Counted from the stretch's first letter, positions 15,041 to 32,307 are shown. The stretch is DNA of 64,000 nucleotides from the human T2T-CHM13v2.0 reference genome, Homo sapiens (GCF_009914755.1 NC_060925.1), one strand, 5' to 3'. The notes: generated from the letters alone by a model not told the origin. Translations and numbers: made by a program.

Positions 15041-15380
15041 GAGTGAACTTACAATTCAGTTATCTAAGTCAGGTCACTTTTGACGGTGAAAGGGGTTGTT
15101 GTTAATAATTATGTTAGAAATTATTATTATTATGTCCTGGGAAAACCGGAGCACATGGTCACACAAGAGACAGAGTCATACATTGGTCATTGCTCCACAG
15201 TCATTCTGCATGCTGGAGAGGAGTGCTCCAGGCCTGCAGCACGCCATCTCTCAGCTCGCACTGTGTGAGAACCTCCAGGAAGCCACCTCCCCTTCTGTAA
15301 AGCCACTGGGTATCTGCAAGACAGGCTACCAGCAGCAAAGGTGGGCAAAGAGGGCACTGGTCAATGCCCGAACTGTGGGA

Positions 15381-15717
15381 TGTCTTAATCTGTTTGTTCT
15401 GCATTAACAGAACATGGACATGGAGGCTATGTAGTCTATTGAGAAAAACATATTTCTCACAGTTGTGGGTCCAAGATCAAGGTGCCAGCAGATCTGGGGG
15501 CTGGAGAGGGTTGCTTTCTGCTTCCAAGATGGCGACTCTTGCTGTGTCCTCACATTGCAGAAGGAATATAAAAGCAAACAGGATCTAGCTAGTCCCCTAG
15601 AGTGCTGTTATAAGGGTATATAATCACCTCCTCAAGGCCTCACATCTTAATCCTGTCACACTGAGGATGAAGTTTCAACATGAATTTTGGAGGGACACAA
15701 ATATTGAAACCACAGCA
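15381..15717 (-). mobile_element. MST/MLT1A-type MaLR LTR
   Basis: tgtcttaatctgttt start, gtccaagatcaaggtgccagcagat, gggacacaaatattgaaaccacagca end. Confidence 0.8.
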
Positions 15718-17123
15718 GGAGGCAGGGAGTGTTTTCGTGGAGAGAATACTGTTGCCATCACTGCAGTTCCCACTGCAGAAAAGGAGTGGGAGAAAATTAC
15801 CCCCAACTCTCTGTCTTCTGAGCATCCCATCACCTTACATTGATCTCCGTCAGCCAAATCCACATGGAAGTTCAAGCCCAGGAAAGCCAGAGTCATGCTA
15901 TTTATAGAGATATTGGCAGTTTTGGGGTGCATAAAGAGGGGTAGAGAATAAAGAGGGGTTGAAAGACAAGTGAAGATAAGCCATCACTGATATCTGTCAG
16001 ATACTGTGCAGCAGGGGTTTGGGGGGAACTGGCTGGTTTTGGTCAATGCTGTCTGTGAACACAGCCTTGGGAATGGAGAGACAGGGCTTGCTGGCTGGAT
16101 TACAAGTGGGGAGCATCAGGGCAGGTTATTTGCTCCATGTGTAGCTGGCAGACTACCATGTGGTTTTAGAATTTGGAAACTTTAGTAACTTTGCAAAAAC
16201 TGCGAGACAAAATTTGAAAACTATCCTCCATCATATTTTAAAATTAAAGAACACTATCATTTTAAACGTGTTCTAGGAACACATGTCCTTCCTCATGGTA
16301 CTGGCCTTTTCTATAAATATCTCAAGCTCCGTTAAGCTTTTCTTAATAAAAGTATGGATGCACAAAAGAGGAATATTTTCTGCTTGTTCCAATATCTCTT
16401 GAGGTTATTAACATGTTTGACTTCTTAGTCATGATAAAATGGCTTTCAGTTATGACCCCTCCTCTCCTTTTTTTTTTTTTGAACTTTCCCAAGACCACCA
16501 TCCAAACTCAAGCCTTCATTGCAACTGATCAAATCCAGTGCAAAAGCTTTATGGTCTTATACGTAGCATCTGCCTTCAATCTGCTTGCTTCAGTGCCTCT
16601 TCCACATTGCTACCCAAGTATCTTCCTAAAACATCACAATAACTTGGGTGATTTTTCTGCTCAAAAAGCGATCATGGATCCTCTTTGCATATATAATAGA
16701 ACACAGTTCTTAGCCTAGCATTAAACATGTTCCGTAATCTGAGCCTAGTATGTTTTTTCTGGCTCTACTTCATTCTTAAGCTATCTATGCAATACAGATA
16801 CGAATTTGAACATGCCCAACCTCTCTTGCCTCAGTTATTTCATTTGTCCAATTCCTTTCATCTAGCATGCAGTCACCAGGATTTGCCTGTGCTGTAAACC
16901 CCACTGTAGCTCAAGGCTCCATTCAGATTCACCCTCCTCCATCAAGCCTACTCTTGACGGTTACATTTAATCCTTCCTGATAGATTAAGTCCTTATCTTC
17001 ATGGTGGACCTTCTGTTCTGGGTGCTATTATTCACCTTGTGGTTTCTGGGCTGTCTTGGCCAAGTCTTCCCCCATAATGTTAGCCATCTCCCAGACTTAA
17101 AGTTTACAAAGCGTACATTGTCC

Positions 17124-17452
<329 letters not shown>

Positions 17453-17959
17453 AAAGCATTCATTTTCTCATTTATCTTTACTTGTGATGTGCTACAATCA
17501 TAGATATTAACATGTTTCCAATTTAGCAAGACTAGGAAACTGAAGCCCGTAGATTTTAGTCACAAAGCTAAGTAGTATACACCTCGGAAAGGAATTAATT
17601 CCCAGATACAAGGATGTATCCTGCACCACCACTGTCTCTGTTCTACAGCTGCCAAAGTGTAGAAGTAAAGTGGGTGCACATGCTTCATTCTTCAGCAGTC
17701 CACCAAGGATCCCCTGAATCCTTCTGCTCACATAGGTGATGGTAGTCAAGAGACCTGAAATGGGTCCGTCTGGAAAAGCAACTGATGAATTTAACTTTCT
17801 ACATAGTTAGAAAACAAAAATCAACTCACTTGACAAGTACCTGGAAGAATTTGTATATGATTTAGCATCTTTGTGCTTTATGGACAAAATGAATACTACA
17901 GAAAAGCATTTATAAATGATAAATCTATCAATCCAAATAAAATACCATCTACTTTGTGA

Positions 17960-18279
<320 letters not shown>

Positions 18280-20668
18280 TTTTTGATGTATTTCATAAAT
18301 AACTAGAGTGGCATTACTTTAATCAGTTAAAAGCTTGTTATATGCAAAAATTTTAAAAGTTTGCTGCATGTAAAGGGCAGGCTTTCTAAGTTTGTGACCA
18401 ATCACAAGGATCCAAACTATTTTATATTTGTTTCAGATAACTGTAAATACATAGAAATTCATGTTAAAATAAGTAACACACCATATTTTTGCATGTTTTA
18501 TTTATTAAGCTTGTTATTATACGTTTTCATATATTTTTTCTTCTGTTTTGATCAAAATGATGGGAAAATAAGCTTGCATATTATAAGGAACACATTTCCC
18601 CCAATAGTAAGTGGCTTTTGTCTTTTGCTCTTTGATAAGATCTTTCAGAGAGACTTTTAATTTTCATCATTAAGTTTAATTAAATTTTGTAAAGTGGCTG
18701 GTTCAATAACACATGGCTTTGAGCATGAGTAATCAAATCGTACGTGTTTCCTGAATACTATCATCAACTTCAAATCTTGAGTTAGAATATGCACTTAGAG
18801 TGAGTTGACATTGATGACAATGGATATAACCTATGTTTCAAAATGCTTTCCTGATGATAATGTAGAATTTTTGGCTGACTCCTTGCCATTGTTTTCAACT
18901 TTGCTACGTGGTTGACAAGAGTATATACAACTAATTGAAGAAATGTAGCTCTGATATTTTATTGTTCTTGAATTATCATATTATCTAAATTTGGTATTTC
19001 TTTGTAGGAAATTTTTTAACCCACTTAACCTTTTGTGAAGTTAGTTTAGTCAAAAGTAGACAATTTAATCCTTGAATTCACTTGCCATGGTTAAGATGAC
19101 TGTGCCATTTAACAATAGCTGCAAGAGACCCTGTGAGTGGGGCTGTGGGAACTCCTCTGCCCTCTGCAGGGCCCACATTTCTCAGGAAACCAGTGACTTC
19201 ACTTGCTATGCAAATCTCTGACATGCAGCCTGAGTGGGGAGTCCAGAATCAGTCTACATGTTCAATATTAGTAACACTTAGATATGTGCCTACTTTTTAA
19301 GATAATAGAAATAGATACAGAAATTCTCACAATTTATTTCCAGAACCAAATTGACTATTTTTTAAAGCAATTTTGAATACTTTTCATCTTGTAGATCAGA
19401 TAAGTCCATATTGCTTCTTGGTCCATACTGAGGGTTTGATTCTCTTGGATTCCTGAGGAAAATAGGCTCCCTGGCCCAGTAACTGCTGTGACCTCAAACT
19501 CTTTCCATCATTGGAGTGCGGTCAACATCAGCAGTTGATGAAACTGAAAGTCAACATTTCACTTTAGCTTGTCCTGGAACTAAACTCAGAAGACGTCTTT
19601 GGAACTGGTCACACAGGGAGAAGTATCCCGGTGTGAGGTCAGATGCATGCACATTTCTCAGTGATGTGACTACACACTGTGAACTCTGCGACTGACGCTT
19701 TCTCCATAGTGAGGAAAAAGACCTTGTTGAAAAATGCCAGAGTACTATCTTGGAACCCCAGAGTATTCGCATGACTCAAATATCAAGGGCTGGTTTTTTT
19801 TTCTCCCCAAAATGGCTTAGAAAACAAAATGTATGGATCTGATTGTCTCTTATACAAAGGCATGTTAGAGTTTGTAACCTGTGTAAATGCTGTAATTAAA
19901 ACCTTGTTTTTACATGTATTCATTATGTTAAATTCTTCAGTAATTACTGACATTTTCTTTAATGTGTACATGTGGCGAACATAAGAATATGATTAGCTCG
20001 AGTTAAAAGTGTAAGCAGTAATGAGCATATTATGGGTCTCCCTTTGTCTTTGGTCACTCTAAGCTTCTTGACAATAAAGCTTGACTTTTTATAGATTTGC
20101 TGCACTATGCAATTTTCTGTAAGCAAATAAATGCATGTAAAGTAAAAATGACAACATTCATATACATATGTTGAATGGTACAGCTTCTCTTTACATTAGC
20201 TCCCCGAGTTACAACCTCTCCCCTTGTGTAGGTACAAGTCGGTGATTAAAGTGCAGAACAACTTCCCCAATACAGGAATCCAGCTTCTGAAAATATCTGT
20301 GCTGGAAAACTTGCAATGGAGGAATGGAAGACTTGAGAAAGGGAGGGCTGGGAAACAAGAGCTGTGACTCACCCTGAAGACATTCGTAAATATCTATTTT
20401 AATATCTATTACAATACAGCAATAAAGGCAAACTAAAAAAGGCTATACAAGGCATTTTGCACATCTTCATGTACTGGGTTCTCTGAAGCCCATTTCCTGT
20501 TAATATCTTTTGCTGGAAGAATCTTCTCAGGATCTCCCCTTCTGTCTGTTCCAACCAGACTCCCGTACATTCATTTTCGTTCCTCGTGGGTAATACACCC
20601 ACTGAGAGACATGTTCCTTTGCTTTTTTTTTTCTTCTTAGGGGGTTTCTCCACAAGATTCCTGGTTGA

Positions 20669-21011
<343 letters not shown>

Positions 21012-21677
21012 TGATGGACAGTGTGACTACAGGGACAGAGGAAGATTCCCCAAAGACCTGCACTCACCCCTCTAATGCATGTCCAGACATCGTCTGGCTC
21101 TCAGCACTCCCCTCCATTGCCCAAAGCCCTTTTGCAGGACCTCTGCCTGTTCTGCCTGCTTTGTGCTTTGTTTTGTTGCATTTTATTTCCTTTTCTTTCC
21201 TGTTTCTAACCCAGTCATCTCTTTTTCTAGTTATTCCCAACCTATATAACTCACATACACTGGAGGAAATATCTTCATGGAATTAAAACCACATGGAGTA
21301 ACATTTCACGTAAGCAGAATTCAGGAAGGATTTCAGTAATTCCATCCCAAACACACACAGGCAAAGGGAGTGAAGATTTCTTCAGCAACATGGTGGCAGA
21401 AAGATCATGAAAAGATCTAGGCCAGGCAAGTATGCAAACAAGACTGACTCTTCCTTTCCACTGGAGCTTTGGGTAATTGCTCTGACAATTCTATGATTTG
21501 CTGAAGCCACAGAAAATCAGTTTTAAAACAGGATTTCTACCCCTGGCTCACTACATGACAAATAATTTTATCCTGTAATCTTCTGATGTTAAACAAAGAT
21601 GGCCCTCAATGTAATTGTTACAGTGCCTCCTCCCCACTTCTGTTAGCTGTTGCTTCTCTGCCTCCCACGAGTTTAGT

Positions 21678-21994
<317 letters not shown>

Positions 21995-22559
21995 TCATCA
22001 ATCATATATATTGAACCAGGGTCACGAAAACATGGGAAAAGTGTAATTTCTGCCTCTGAGGAACTCACAGTCTAGTGGGAGACACCATTTATTCATCCAT
22101 TCTTTCATGATATACACATTGAGAATGTAACACACCCTGGGCAAAGGAGAGGTCATTTGACTATGACACAAGACAATAGTCATAGTCTTTGCCCTCATGG
22201 AATTCACAGCCTAGCCATGGAGATTAAAAATAAAAAGATCTAATAGAATAAAGAGTAGTAGATTTAAAAACACTGGAAACCCAGTGTGCAGTAAAACTAA
22301 AAAAGAGGGCTACCTAACCTAGTGTGAGAGGTGAGGTAGAGGTTAGGGTGAGAAAGGATGGTATAGGAAGGCTTTCTGGAAAATTTCAAGATAAATCTTG
22401 AGGATAAGTCAGAATTATACAGGTGAAAAGTAGAATAGTGCCTGCTACCTTGCAATTGTTCAGCAAACATCTGCAATGATTACTAACTGTCAGTTTTTGG
22501 CTCTGCTTCAATCCTCACAGTCCAAGCTCACTGCAGTTAAATCTTCAGTCTCCAGCACT

Positions 22560-24800
22560 GCACTTGGGAAAGCGTCAAGGAGTTGAATGTATATGTAATT
22601 GGAGTGCCAGAAGAAGAGAACCGAGAGAGAGGGGCAGAACAGCTCATGAGGGGAAAACCCACTACATACAATCAAGAATACTGCAGACTCCTCATCGGAA
22701 TCTATGTAAGTAAGAAAAAAATGGCCAGGAACTATAGAGCTGTTCTTTAAAGTACTTAAAAACATTTTTGCCAACCTAGAAGTCTTTAACCAGCAAAAAT
22801 GTCTTCCAAAAAGAAAAAGACTTTTCAGAACAAATACTGAGCTGATTCATTATTAGCACATTTGCACTACATAAGTGTTAAAGAAAATTTCTTTAGTAAA
22901 AGAAATATAATACCAGAAGGAAAATTTGATCTATAAAAAAAGAAATTAAGAGTCCCAGAAATATATAAAAATTATGTAAAATTTTTTTGTTTTTTCTCCT
23001 TAAAAGATAATTGATTATTTAAAGCAAAAACAATAAAGTGTTATAGGATTTGTGGCACATGTTAAATGTATGCATTTGAAGTAAAATGTATGATAACGGT
23101 AGTGCAAAGACAGAAGAGAAAAACTGACTTCTCCTGCTGTACATTCTTTATACTCTACATAGAGCTGTGATAAGTTAAAGATGTGTATTGTAAACTCTAG
23201 ATGAAATAAAAATTTAAAAAATAAAAATAAAATTAAGAAGTAAGATGGAACAAGTAGAAAACAAATAGAAAGATGGTGGATTTGATTTTAGTTTTATCAA
23301 TAATTATATAAATTCAAATAATCTAAACCCCCAGAATTTTTAAAAATGGGAGATAAAAAAACAATAAATATTATGTATTATTTGTTATCATCATTATTTT
23401 ATAAAGGGACAGGGCATAGATTTGGACAGAAATAGTAAGTTTTACAATAAGAAATGTTACCAGAATTGCATAACATTTCATGATGTTAGAAGGGTCAATT
23501 CAACAAGAAGACACAACAATACCAAATATTGCCCAACAATAGAGCTTTAAAATATACAAAGAAGAAATATACAACAGAAAAAAGAAATGGATATATCCCG
23601 TTATTGTTGGAGACTGTAGATTCTAACCCATTTTTTTCAGTAACTAATAGAATGAGATAAGAAACCAGCAAAAGGATAGAAGAAAAACAATACTCTTAAT
23701 CAGATTTACCTGATTGACTTTTCTAAAACAGTCCACTAAACAGCAATATAAAAGACATTGTTAGCAACTGCACATTTAAAACATTCACTAAAATTGATGA
23801 TAATCTGGGCTATATAAACATGTCTCAGTACATTAAAAAGAATAGAAATCATACACAGTATGATCTCTAAGCACAACTAAATGAAACTAGAAATAAATAA
23901 TTTCCAAATGTTCTGAAATGAAACAACACACTTCTAAAAATTCCTGAGTCAAGGAGGAAGTCACAGATGAACTTAGAAAGTATTTCAAAGAGAACGAAGA
24001 TGAAAACAAAAACAGAATATATCACAATTTGTAGGATGCACTTAAAGTAGCCATTTGGGGAAATGTGATAGTATTACATGCTTATATTACAATGGGAAAA
24101 GTTCTGAAATTTGTAAATTTCAAATCATTCATGATATGTCAAGTCTTCTCAACTTGTTTTTCTTAAGGACTGTTTTGGCCTTTATTGTGTAGTTTATAAG
24201 TTCCACAAAATGTATTGGGAATTTATTGGAATTTTGTCAAACGTATATAATTTTGTCAAACTCAAGCATAATATAAATATGTTTGAGAATTAACATTATT
24301 ATAAAAGTGAGACATTTAGCCTATGAATGTAGTACATATCACCCCTCATTTTGATGTTATTATTGTACAAAAGTTTTATATTATTGTATATAAAGACTTC
24401 GTAAACTATTTTTAAATTTATTCTTAAATTTTACACTTTTCACGAAATATGAAGTTAATCTTATAAATTATTATTTTTAACATTATTGCTGGTGTAAAGA
24501 AATACAATTCCTTTGGACAATGAATTCTGTATCTAGTAAACTCATTGAATTTGTTTATTAATTTAATTCATGTACAAATTTTTGGATTTTCTATTTAAAT
24601 AATCATATTGAATGAAACTACTGCATTTTAATAGTTTCTCATTATTACATTTACATATTTACTCATCTTATTCCTAAACTCAAAGATAATATAGTTCACT
24701 CTTTAGTATAAGTACATTATACATTTAGTGTAGTACAGGTACATTATGAAGTGTAATGTTTACTAAAGCTTTTCTGTAAAATCTTTCTCAGGCTAAGAAC
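22560..24800. mobile_element. Old L1M fragments (plus-strand ORF1/ORF2 relics, then a minus-strand piece)
   Basis: A-rich L1 motifs such as agggtcaattcaacaagaagacacaacaat, gaaatcatacacagtatg and atcacaatttgtaggatgca. Confidence 0.7.
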
Positions 24801-27800
24801 ATTTTTTTTTTTTACTAGAATATAATATTAACAAAACATATTCTAGAAAAGCGTAAAATTTACCAAATATTTAGATTTTTAATTTAAGCATCATGGAGAG
24901 AAATGACGCTCTCATGGTTGAAATGCAGAGGCTGGAGGCACAGATGTTCTTAGAGCTGCTATATTGTTTGAATCAACAGTGACGTATATAAGCAAAATTC
25001 CACAAAACCACAGATTTAACTGCCATTATTATTCAGAAGTATCTGGTGTTACTTCTGGTGTAACAAATGGACTATTGTTAGGATAAAGAATATCCATATG
25101 AAAAAGTGCTTTACATAAAGTAGAAACTTAAATAGTAACATAATCTGGGTACAATCCAACAATAATAATTAGAGCTTTGCTTTCCTGGAATACTATGTGC
25201 TAACCCTATTCTAAGGGATTTAGATAGAGATTTCACTGATTTCAAGAGAAACGTTTGTCTACTTGTTCAAATTTTAGTATCTGAAACTGCAATGTATCTT
25301 ACATTAGATAAGCATAACTTAATTTCAGCATTATTTAATATTAGTGCATTAAAAAGTGTATGTCATTACCAATGGCATTTTAGATTTAGTGACATTTTGT
25401 ATAATTTCATGAAACACTAGACACTATGGAATCATCTATAGTGTAAGGTCTACAAAAGCAGGAAATTCTATTTTAGTTACTCTTATAGGAGTCACTTGAT
25501 AAATATATGTTGAATGAGTTGTCCAATGAAATAAATAAAGGCACAGCATTCTAGCATCATTCGAGGGGCAATAGTTCATCCTGTGGCCTCATAACACTTG
25601 AGCAATGATGTGGACATCACTTGGAAATGCTCAATTTAATCAGGTATGTTCATAATGAGGGCTTCTCATTTTTCTGTGAAAATACTAAAATATACTGTCT
25701 TTAGGGAGGAAGCAAACAATGTAATAAAATATAGAAAAATAGTTAAGCATGATTCAAATTAAAAGCCCTGGAATTTATAAAAATAAGCTTTATTTGTTAG
25801 GGAAAAAATTACATTGTGTAACACTCTATTCCCCATGATTCCTAGTAAATAAGACAATAAACCCTTTAAGAAGAACTTTGTCAGAAACAAAGGATCACTA
25901 TTTCCCGAAGAGCTGCAAAATACCATAGGCCAGAATTAATACAGGTGATAACTGAGGTCATAAAAGCCATTTAGACAAGTTGAGTTGACAATGATCTAAG
26001 AAGGGCCAGGCCACTCTCCTGTGCCCCCTCCCTAAGCAGCTGCGCATTGCTTTGCTTTGACAACCTCCTTCCCATGCACCCCATCCCACACCCACAGCCC
26101 TGCTTGGAACTCTCCTAAGTTCCAGACTCACGTACTCGGCTGCCTCCTAGAGCCCTCTACCTGGAGACGTCCAGAACACTTTGAGTTCAGTATGCTCACA
26201 AGTGAAGTCATAAAGAGCCAAGAGTGCAGGATTGGGGTCAGGCAGCCCCATTTCTTAGTTATGCATAGACTTCTTAGTTTACTTGACCCTCTTCATTTTC
26301 AGATTTCATTTCTGTAAAATAGCAATGGGCTTTGTAGAATTGCTTTTAGAGTATTGTAAGATAACTTAGGTAATACCTCTAACAAAGAGTCAAACAGATA
26401 TTGGACATATAACCAATATCTGGTACCGGCTTTCCCCTCCTTTCACAAGCTTAATGGCAATGCAGTTAAGTCAAGGACCTGGATCAGAATTACGGCATGA
26501 GGAACACACTCCATGTTTGTGCACACCCATTCCTGGATGACTTTTCAAGGGTCTTCTCTTTTCTTCCACCTGACAACAAGTTCTCCAACTTCCCTACTTG
26601 GAAGTGGCTGCCTGCCATGAGATAATCCCCTTTCTAATTTGTCCTCCCATGAACAATGCACCCAAGGAGTCCTTCCTCTTACTCCATGTCTCCTTGAGCC
26701 TGCAGAATGGAGCTCAAGTTTCCTAGAGCAGCCACGGTTCCCGCACCACCTCCCCTTCTGCCTTGTGGGCTGCCAAGCCTGCGTCCACCGTGCGCATGAA
26801 CTCCAGCATCAGGAAGTTTCATGCGTGTGCCCCGTGCTCCTATCTGGGCTCACGTGAACGTGCTCTTCTCTCTTTCTGAAATGCCCCTTTCCTTTGAGCG
26901 ATTGTGGAAATCCTCCTCATCTTTTACAACTAGTCTCAGATGCACCCTCCTTCCCGAAGCCTCCTCCGAATGGCCTGTCTACACATGGCCCAAACTTGGT
27001 TTCAGATCATTAAAATAGAAGGACAAAAATGAATGGTGTGCAGGGAACACACAGACAGCCTGTGGCATGGTTGGAAGCCGTGGTCTGATCTATGGCGAGT
27101 CCTGAGACCACGACTGTTCTATGATTTTTGCTGCAGCCCTGAGAACCCTGTAGGTCTGCTCAGGCATCTTGCTGCTCTTGCGATCGAGCCCTTTGTTTCT
27201 CTGCCTATCTTGTTTCCTGCTTTTCACTTTCTTGTTCTCACCTGGCTGATTTGTAAATAATAAAGTAACCGAAGTTAGACAATTCCAGCTACTTAAGATA
27301 ACTGTGTTTCCAGGGAATCTGTTTCATGTGTAGAGAGGAAAAAATAAGTAGTCACAATCCTGGATTTTCTATGTGAATCAGTTTGCTTAGAGAGCAGCAG
27401 CTGTTAAAATATACATGTGATATTTGAGTTCAAACGGGAGCAGAAATTATACTTAGTGTGGGCCAAAGAAAGGCATTTCAATGACAGGGCTCTTTCATCT
27501 GGAGTGGCGTGCCTAATTCTGATTTAGAGAAAAGCAGGTCTGATCTTGTGCGGTGGAAAAGGAGGCCTGGGGCTGGGCATCAGAAAATCAGCTTTCAGAC
27601 ACTTCCTCCAGGTTGTAGCTGAGAAACTTGAGGCTCTTTAGTGAGATGAAAAAATAGTAGGCGTCTCATCCAGCACAGAACCATATTGTCACAGTGTACA
27701 CACAGATGGCTGAAGGCAGAAAACACCACACCAGTTCAGTTCCCCCCAGTGAAACCTATCTTGCCTTGGTGGAAAGAAGTCACCAAATCTGAAGGTTTAT

Positions 27801-29129
27801 CATGAACAGGCAAAAGAGTTTCACTTGTTTTCATGACTCAAAACATTTGGCTTAAACTGCATATCTCTCCATTTTAAATGTAAATTATAATAGGGAAACA
27901 GGAGGGAAATATGCAAGATTCTGGAAAACCTGAAGTTTCCATGTTTATCTTTTCTTTAGTTCCTTGCTCTTTAGAGTCAACCAACCCATTCCCTAGATAT
28001 AGTTATAAAAAATGGCTGGGGTAAGAAAAACAAGTTCGGTGATATTTTTAAAACTGTATGCACAGTCACTTGGAGACCCTTGAATGATGTTAGGAGACTG
28101 AGCTTCCCATACTCACTGGGACACACACAGTTGCTCTTGTTTGTAAGAGAGGACGCTTCTGAAGTGTCATTTCCTCTGTTGCTAGTATCGGCCTGCCTTC
28201 CCCTTGACCCCTGCCTTGTGGTCACCACTGTATCACATGTCCACACCCTTCCTTGGCTGGGGCCCTGGAAGCCAGGGCATACTGAGTGGGACAGCTGGCA
28301 GGGGCTCGGGCTGGTGCGGTCACTGACAAAGAATCCTCCTCCAGCCTGTCAGTGGCAACTCTGCAGCTGTTGGCCCACATACCTGGCATACCTCCATCTC
28401 CAGGCAACTGCTGGGTGTGGGCAGGGATCCCAGCAGCACCCACTGGCGTCGGCTGCCTCCCACAATGCCAGCCCCCAGGTAGCCAAGAGGAGTCATCCAG
28501 GTGTCGGGGAGAGAAGCTGAGAGAAGCAGCGAGGGCGGTGGTTGTGGGAGAGAGGAGGAAGTTGGGAGGGTCACCCACACACTTACGGAAAGCTTGGTGC
28601 AAAGAGAAAGAGACCGCCTTTCAAAAACAGCCCTGCTCTACCATCCTGAACCTAGTCCCGATCATGCCTTGAAAAAATAGATTCCCAAGTGGGTCTTGCC
28701 TAAATAATGTAAGTGGACGTGGGAAAAGCACGGACTTGTCAGCAGTTTCAGAAGGTTCCTTGCTGCTGGTGACTTTGGAAAACTCCCTTAACCAGCGTGA
28801 GCCTCCATGTCCTCCTCCAGAGCAGGGGACTGTGTACCTTCCCCCAGGGAGGCCTGGAAGGATTTTGTTGGGTTTTCCTGATAAACTCACTCAGTGGATG
28901 AAAGGGGGGATGTTTGTAAAGTTGTCATATTTATGTTGAATGTAAGATCACTGAACTCTCACTGATATGCAGAAATCAACCTTAACGAGCGCTATCTGCA
29001 ACACAAGAGATTTGTTTTCATGAGTACACACCTAGACGATGAACCTGTGCACACGACTTCACACTTTAAAAATGTCTCTTTTTTATCTTGCAGTTCTTTA
29101 AATACTAACAAGAATGGTTTTTAAAAGTG

Positions 29130-29510
29130 TTTTCAAATGTGAAAAAATACATATGACATAAAATTGATCATTAACCACTTAAGATGTGCGCAGGTCAGTG
29201 GCATCATGCACGTTGACAGTGCTGTGAAGCCATGACCACCATCCAGCCACAGAACCCTTTCATCTTGCAAAATTCAAACCCTGCACCCACTGAACAACAA
29301 CCCCATTTCTCCTTCCCTCCAGCCCCTGGCAAGCACCATTCTATTTTCTCTTGCTATACATTTGACTATTCCAGGTACTTTATATTACTTTTAATGGCAA
29401 AAACCACAATAACTTCGCACCAACCTAAAATGAGTTGAATCGTGTAGTATTTATTTGTTTGTTTGTTTGTTTATTTTTTTGACTGGCTCACTTCGCTTAG
29501 CATAATGTCC
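29130..29510 (-). mobile_element. L1MB 3' end fragment
   Basis: ccagcccctggcaagcaccattct; gactggctcacttcgcttagcataatgtc. Confidence 0.8.
29384..29428. mobile_element. Half MADE1 (Hsmar1-derived MITE)
   Basis: ATTACTTTTAATGGCAAAAACCACAATAACTTCGCACCAACCTAA matches the MADE1 spacer plus one terminal inverted repeat. Confidence 0.8.
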
Positions 29511-30260
29511 ATTGTTTATTATCAGCAATTACATTTTAAAATTTCTAATCTTAGAAAAAGAGGCATACTGTTGTCAATGAGAGGTCAGCAGTTTCAGAAT
29601 ATATGAATAGATGACAGACACAATAGACTTAAAAATTACTACCATTCGTTGTGCCAAGAAAACTTGCAAAAGTGTTCTTTCTCTGATGTAAGCATGCCAA
29701 AGGTCTGAATGTGTACACATGTATGTTACTTCCCCCACTCCTCTTTTCTTTCATTTTTATCTTTACTTTTTTCTAGGTAAGGACCGATTTTATTGTGGGG
29801 TGAAAAGTAACATAGAGCTGTACATTTTAAAGTGACTTGTATTCTCTATGTTAAGCTCAGTAAGTTGCCTCTGCTGCAGGTTGTAGGTATCTGTGTTTAG
29901 CCCTGCATACTATCTGCCCATTTCCCCTGCCTTTAGCACAGCTTGCTTCTCCCCATCCCCACAACCCTGCCTAATTCTACTTGCTTTCTTTGACTCACTC
30001 ATGAAGATTAAGTAGGTACTAAGTAAAATACAAGTATTTTACTTATATCTAAATCTCATGCCTTTTTAACAATATCAATATTACTTTTCTCACTTCAGAG
30101 ATAAGGAAACTGAGGCTCGAAGATCTTATGTAACTGCCTATAGCCTAGCATCCATCTCAATGGGCGTCAAGAACTAGATCGAGTGTGTTTTGAGACAAAT
30201 CCCAGAGGCTGCCCTGCACAGGATGTGGCAATCATCACTGCCTTAGTCATCTGACTTTTG

Positions 30261-30591
<331 letters not shown>

Positions 30592-31687
30592 CTGACTTTT
30601 GCTTTCTATTGGGCTTACCTGTGTATTCTCACACTCTCGGGAGAACTCAACACTCCTGAAGAACACAGCCCATGACTCCTCATTTCTGTCTCCTGGCAAA
30701 GGCTAGCACAATATTTTGTGCAAAGGTTTTGCTTTCTTAATGATAAGTGAATGAAATATGGAAAAGTTTTAACATAAAAATATATTCAAGTTAGCATTTT
30801 GCCTGAAATTTATACTTAATTACATCTAGGAAATTAAGTGTACATGATCAACATATATGTATATATCATTTTCCTATTTGAGTACTGACAAGATGGAGGA
30901 AAGGCAAGGAAAAGCTGGAGAATTTGAAATATGCACGAGGTCATTTCCATTCCAGAAATAGGAGACATAAAGTAGAGGTCGAGATCATTGACAGTGGGCT
31001 TTCTCGAGTCGGGTAGAGAAGGGGTCAGTCCTTCTAGAGCTGGATCCAACCATGTGTGGCTCTCTACCCAAGGGTATCCACCTGCTCTCCATTCCCTCAT
31101 CTGTCCACTGGGGTGCACACAGCACCTCTCATGGGAATTAAAAACGGTGGTGCCTGAGCAGCTTTCAAGGAGCCAGTGGCACTCGCTGCTCAGTGCACAT
31201 GAGCTAGAGAGGAGTGGAGGCCTCAGCACAGGGCCTGGTACTAACTCGAGAGATATTTGTTGTGCTCTATACCCAGCAGATACTGAGTACATGCTCAATG
31301 TTGTCATTATTTTGATAGATATTTTCTTAAATCTGGATTATCATCCTTCAGTTTGGATAAGACAGACAATATTGATGGGTTGGGGTACTTTGTCAAAGAA
31401 TGTAAAGAAAGATAATGTGAAGAAAGGCAATTTTGTGATTAAAAAGGAAGCTTTATTCTTAGATTTGTTAATAAGTGTCTCTTACTGAATTATTTGCTTA
31501 TTAGGCAAAACAGTGATATCATTGAATCATTCTAAAATTCCTTCCCTTTTATGTCTTGAGGTTATGAACACATGTAAGGCACCTCACCTGGCATCTGACA
31601 AACTCAACGAGACAATGAATGAACCAGAATAAATAATCATCTATTTTTTTTTCTCCCTGAACATTTCTACAGTTGAGACAGTCTTAG

Positions 31688-32028
<341 letters not shown>

Positions 32029-32293
32029 TGAAATTGAATTTCTTTCTTTTCACCAACTCGAATTTCTTCTTCTCATGTAAGGTCATCTTACATAAGTGAG
32101 ACTCCTTTGTTCCCTTTCCCTTAATAACAAGCCTACACGGAGGCGAAGGTGGTGAACGCACCTCTTCTCATCTCAAAACACCCACGTGCTCTTCCATTTT
32201 TTTCTAACAAAGAAGGGAGAGGAGGTGACATGAAAACACACCATGGATATTGCTCAGCATTTGTAAAAGCTGAAAGTATCACTTGGTACACAA

Positions 32294-32307
32294 ACTGCTT
32301 TTTGCAC
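32294..32307 (-). terminator. Degenerate snRNA 3' box of vU1 copy 1
   Basis: GTGCAAAAAGCAGT starts ~10 nt past the U1 3' end; consensus is GTTTN0-3AAARNNAGA. Confidence 0.5.

Noticed and set aside
27977-28939. Cluster of overlapping 86-146 aa ORFs
   Set aside because: GC-rich, stop-poor sequence open on both strands, with no domain or exon structure.
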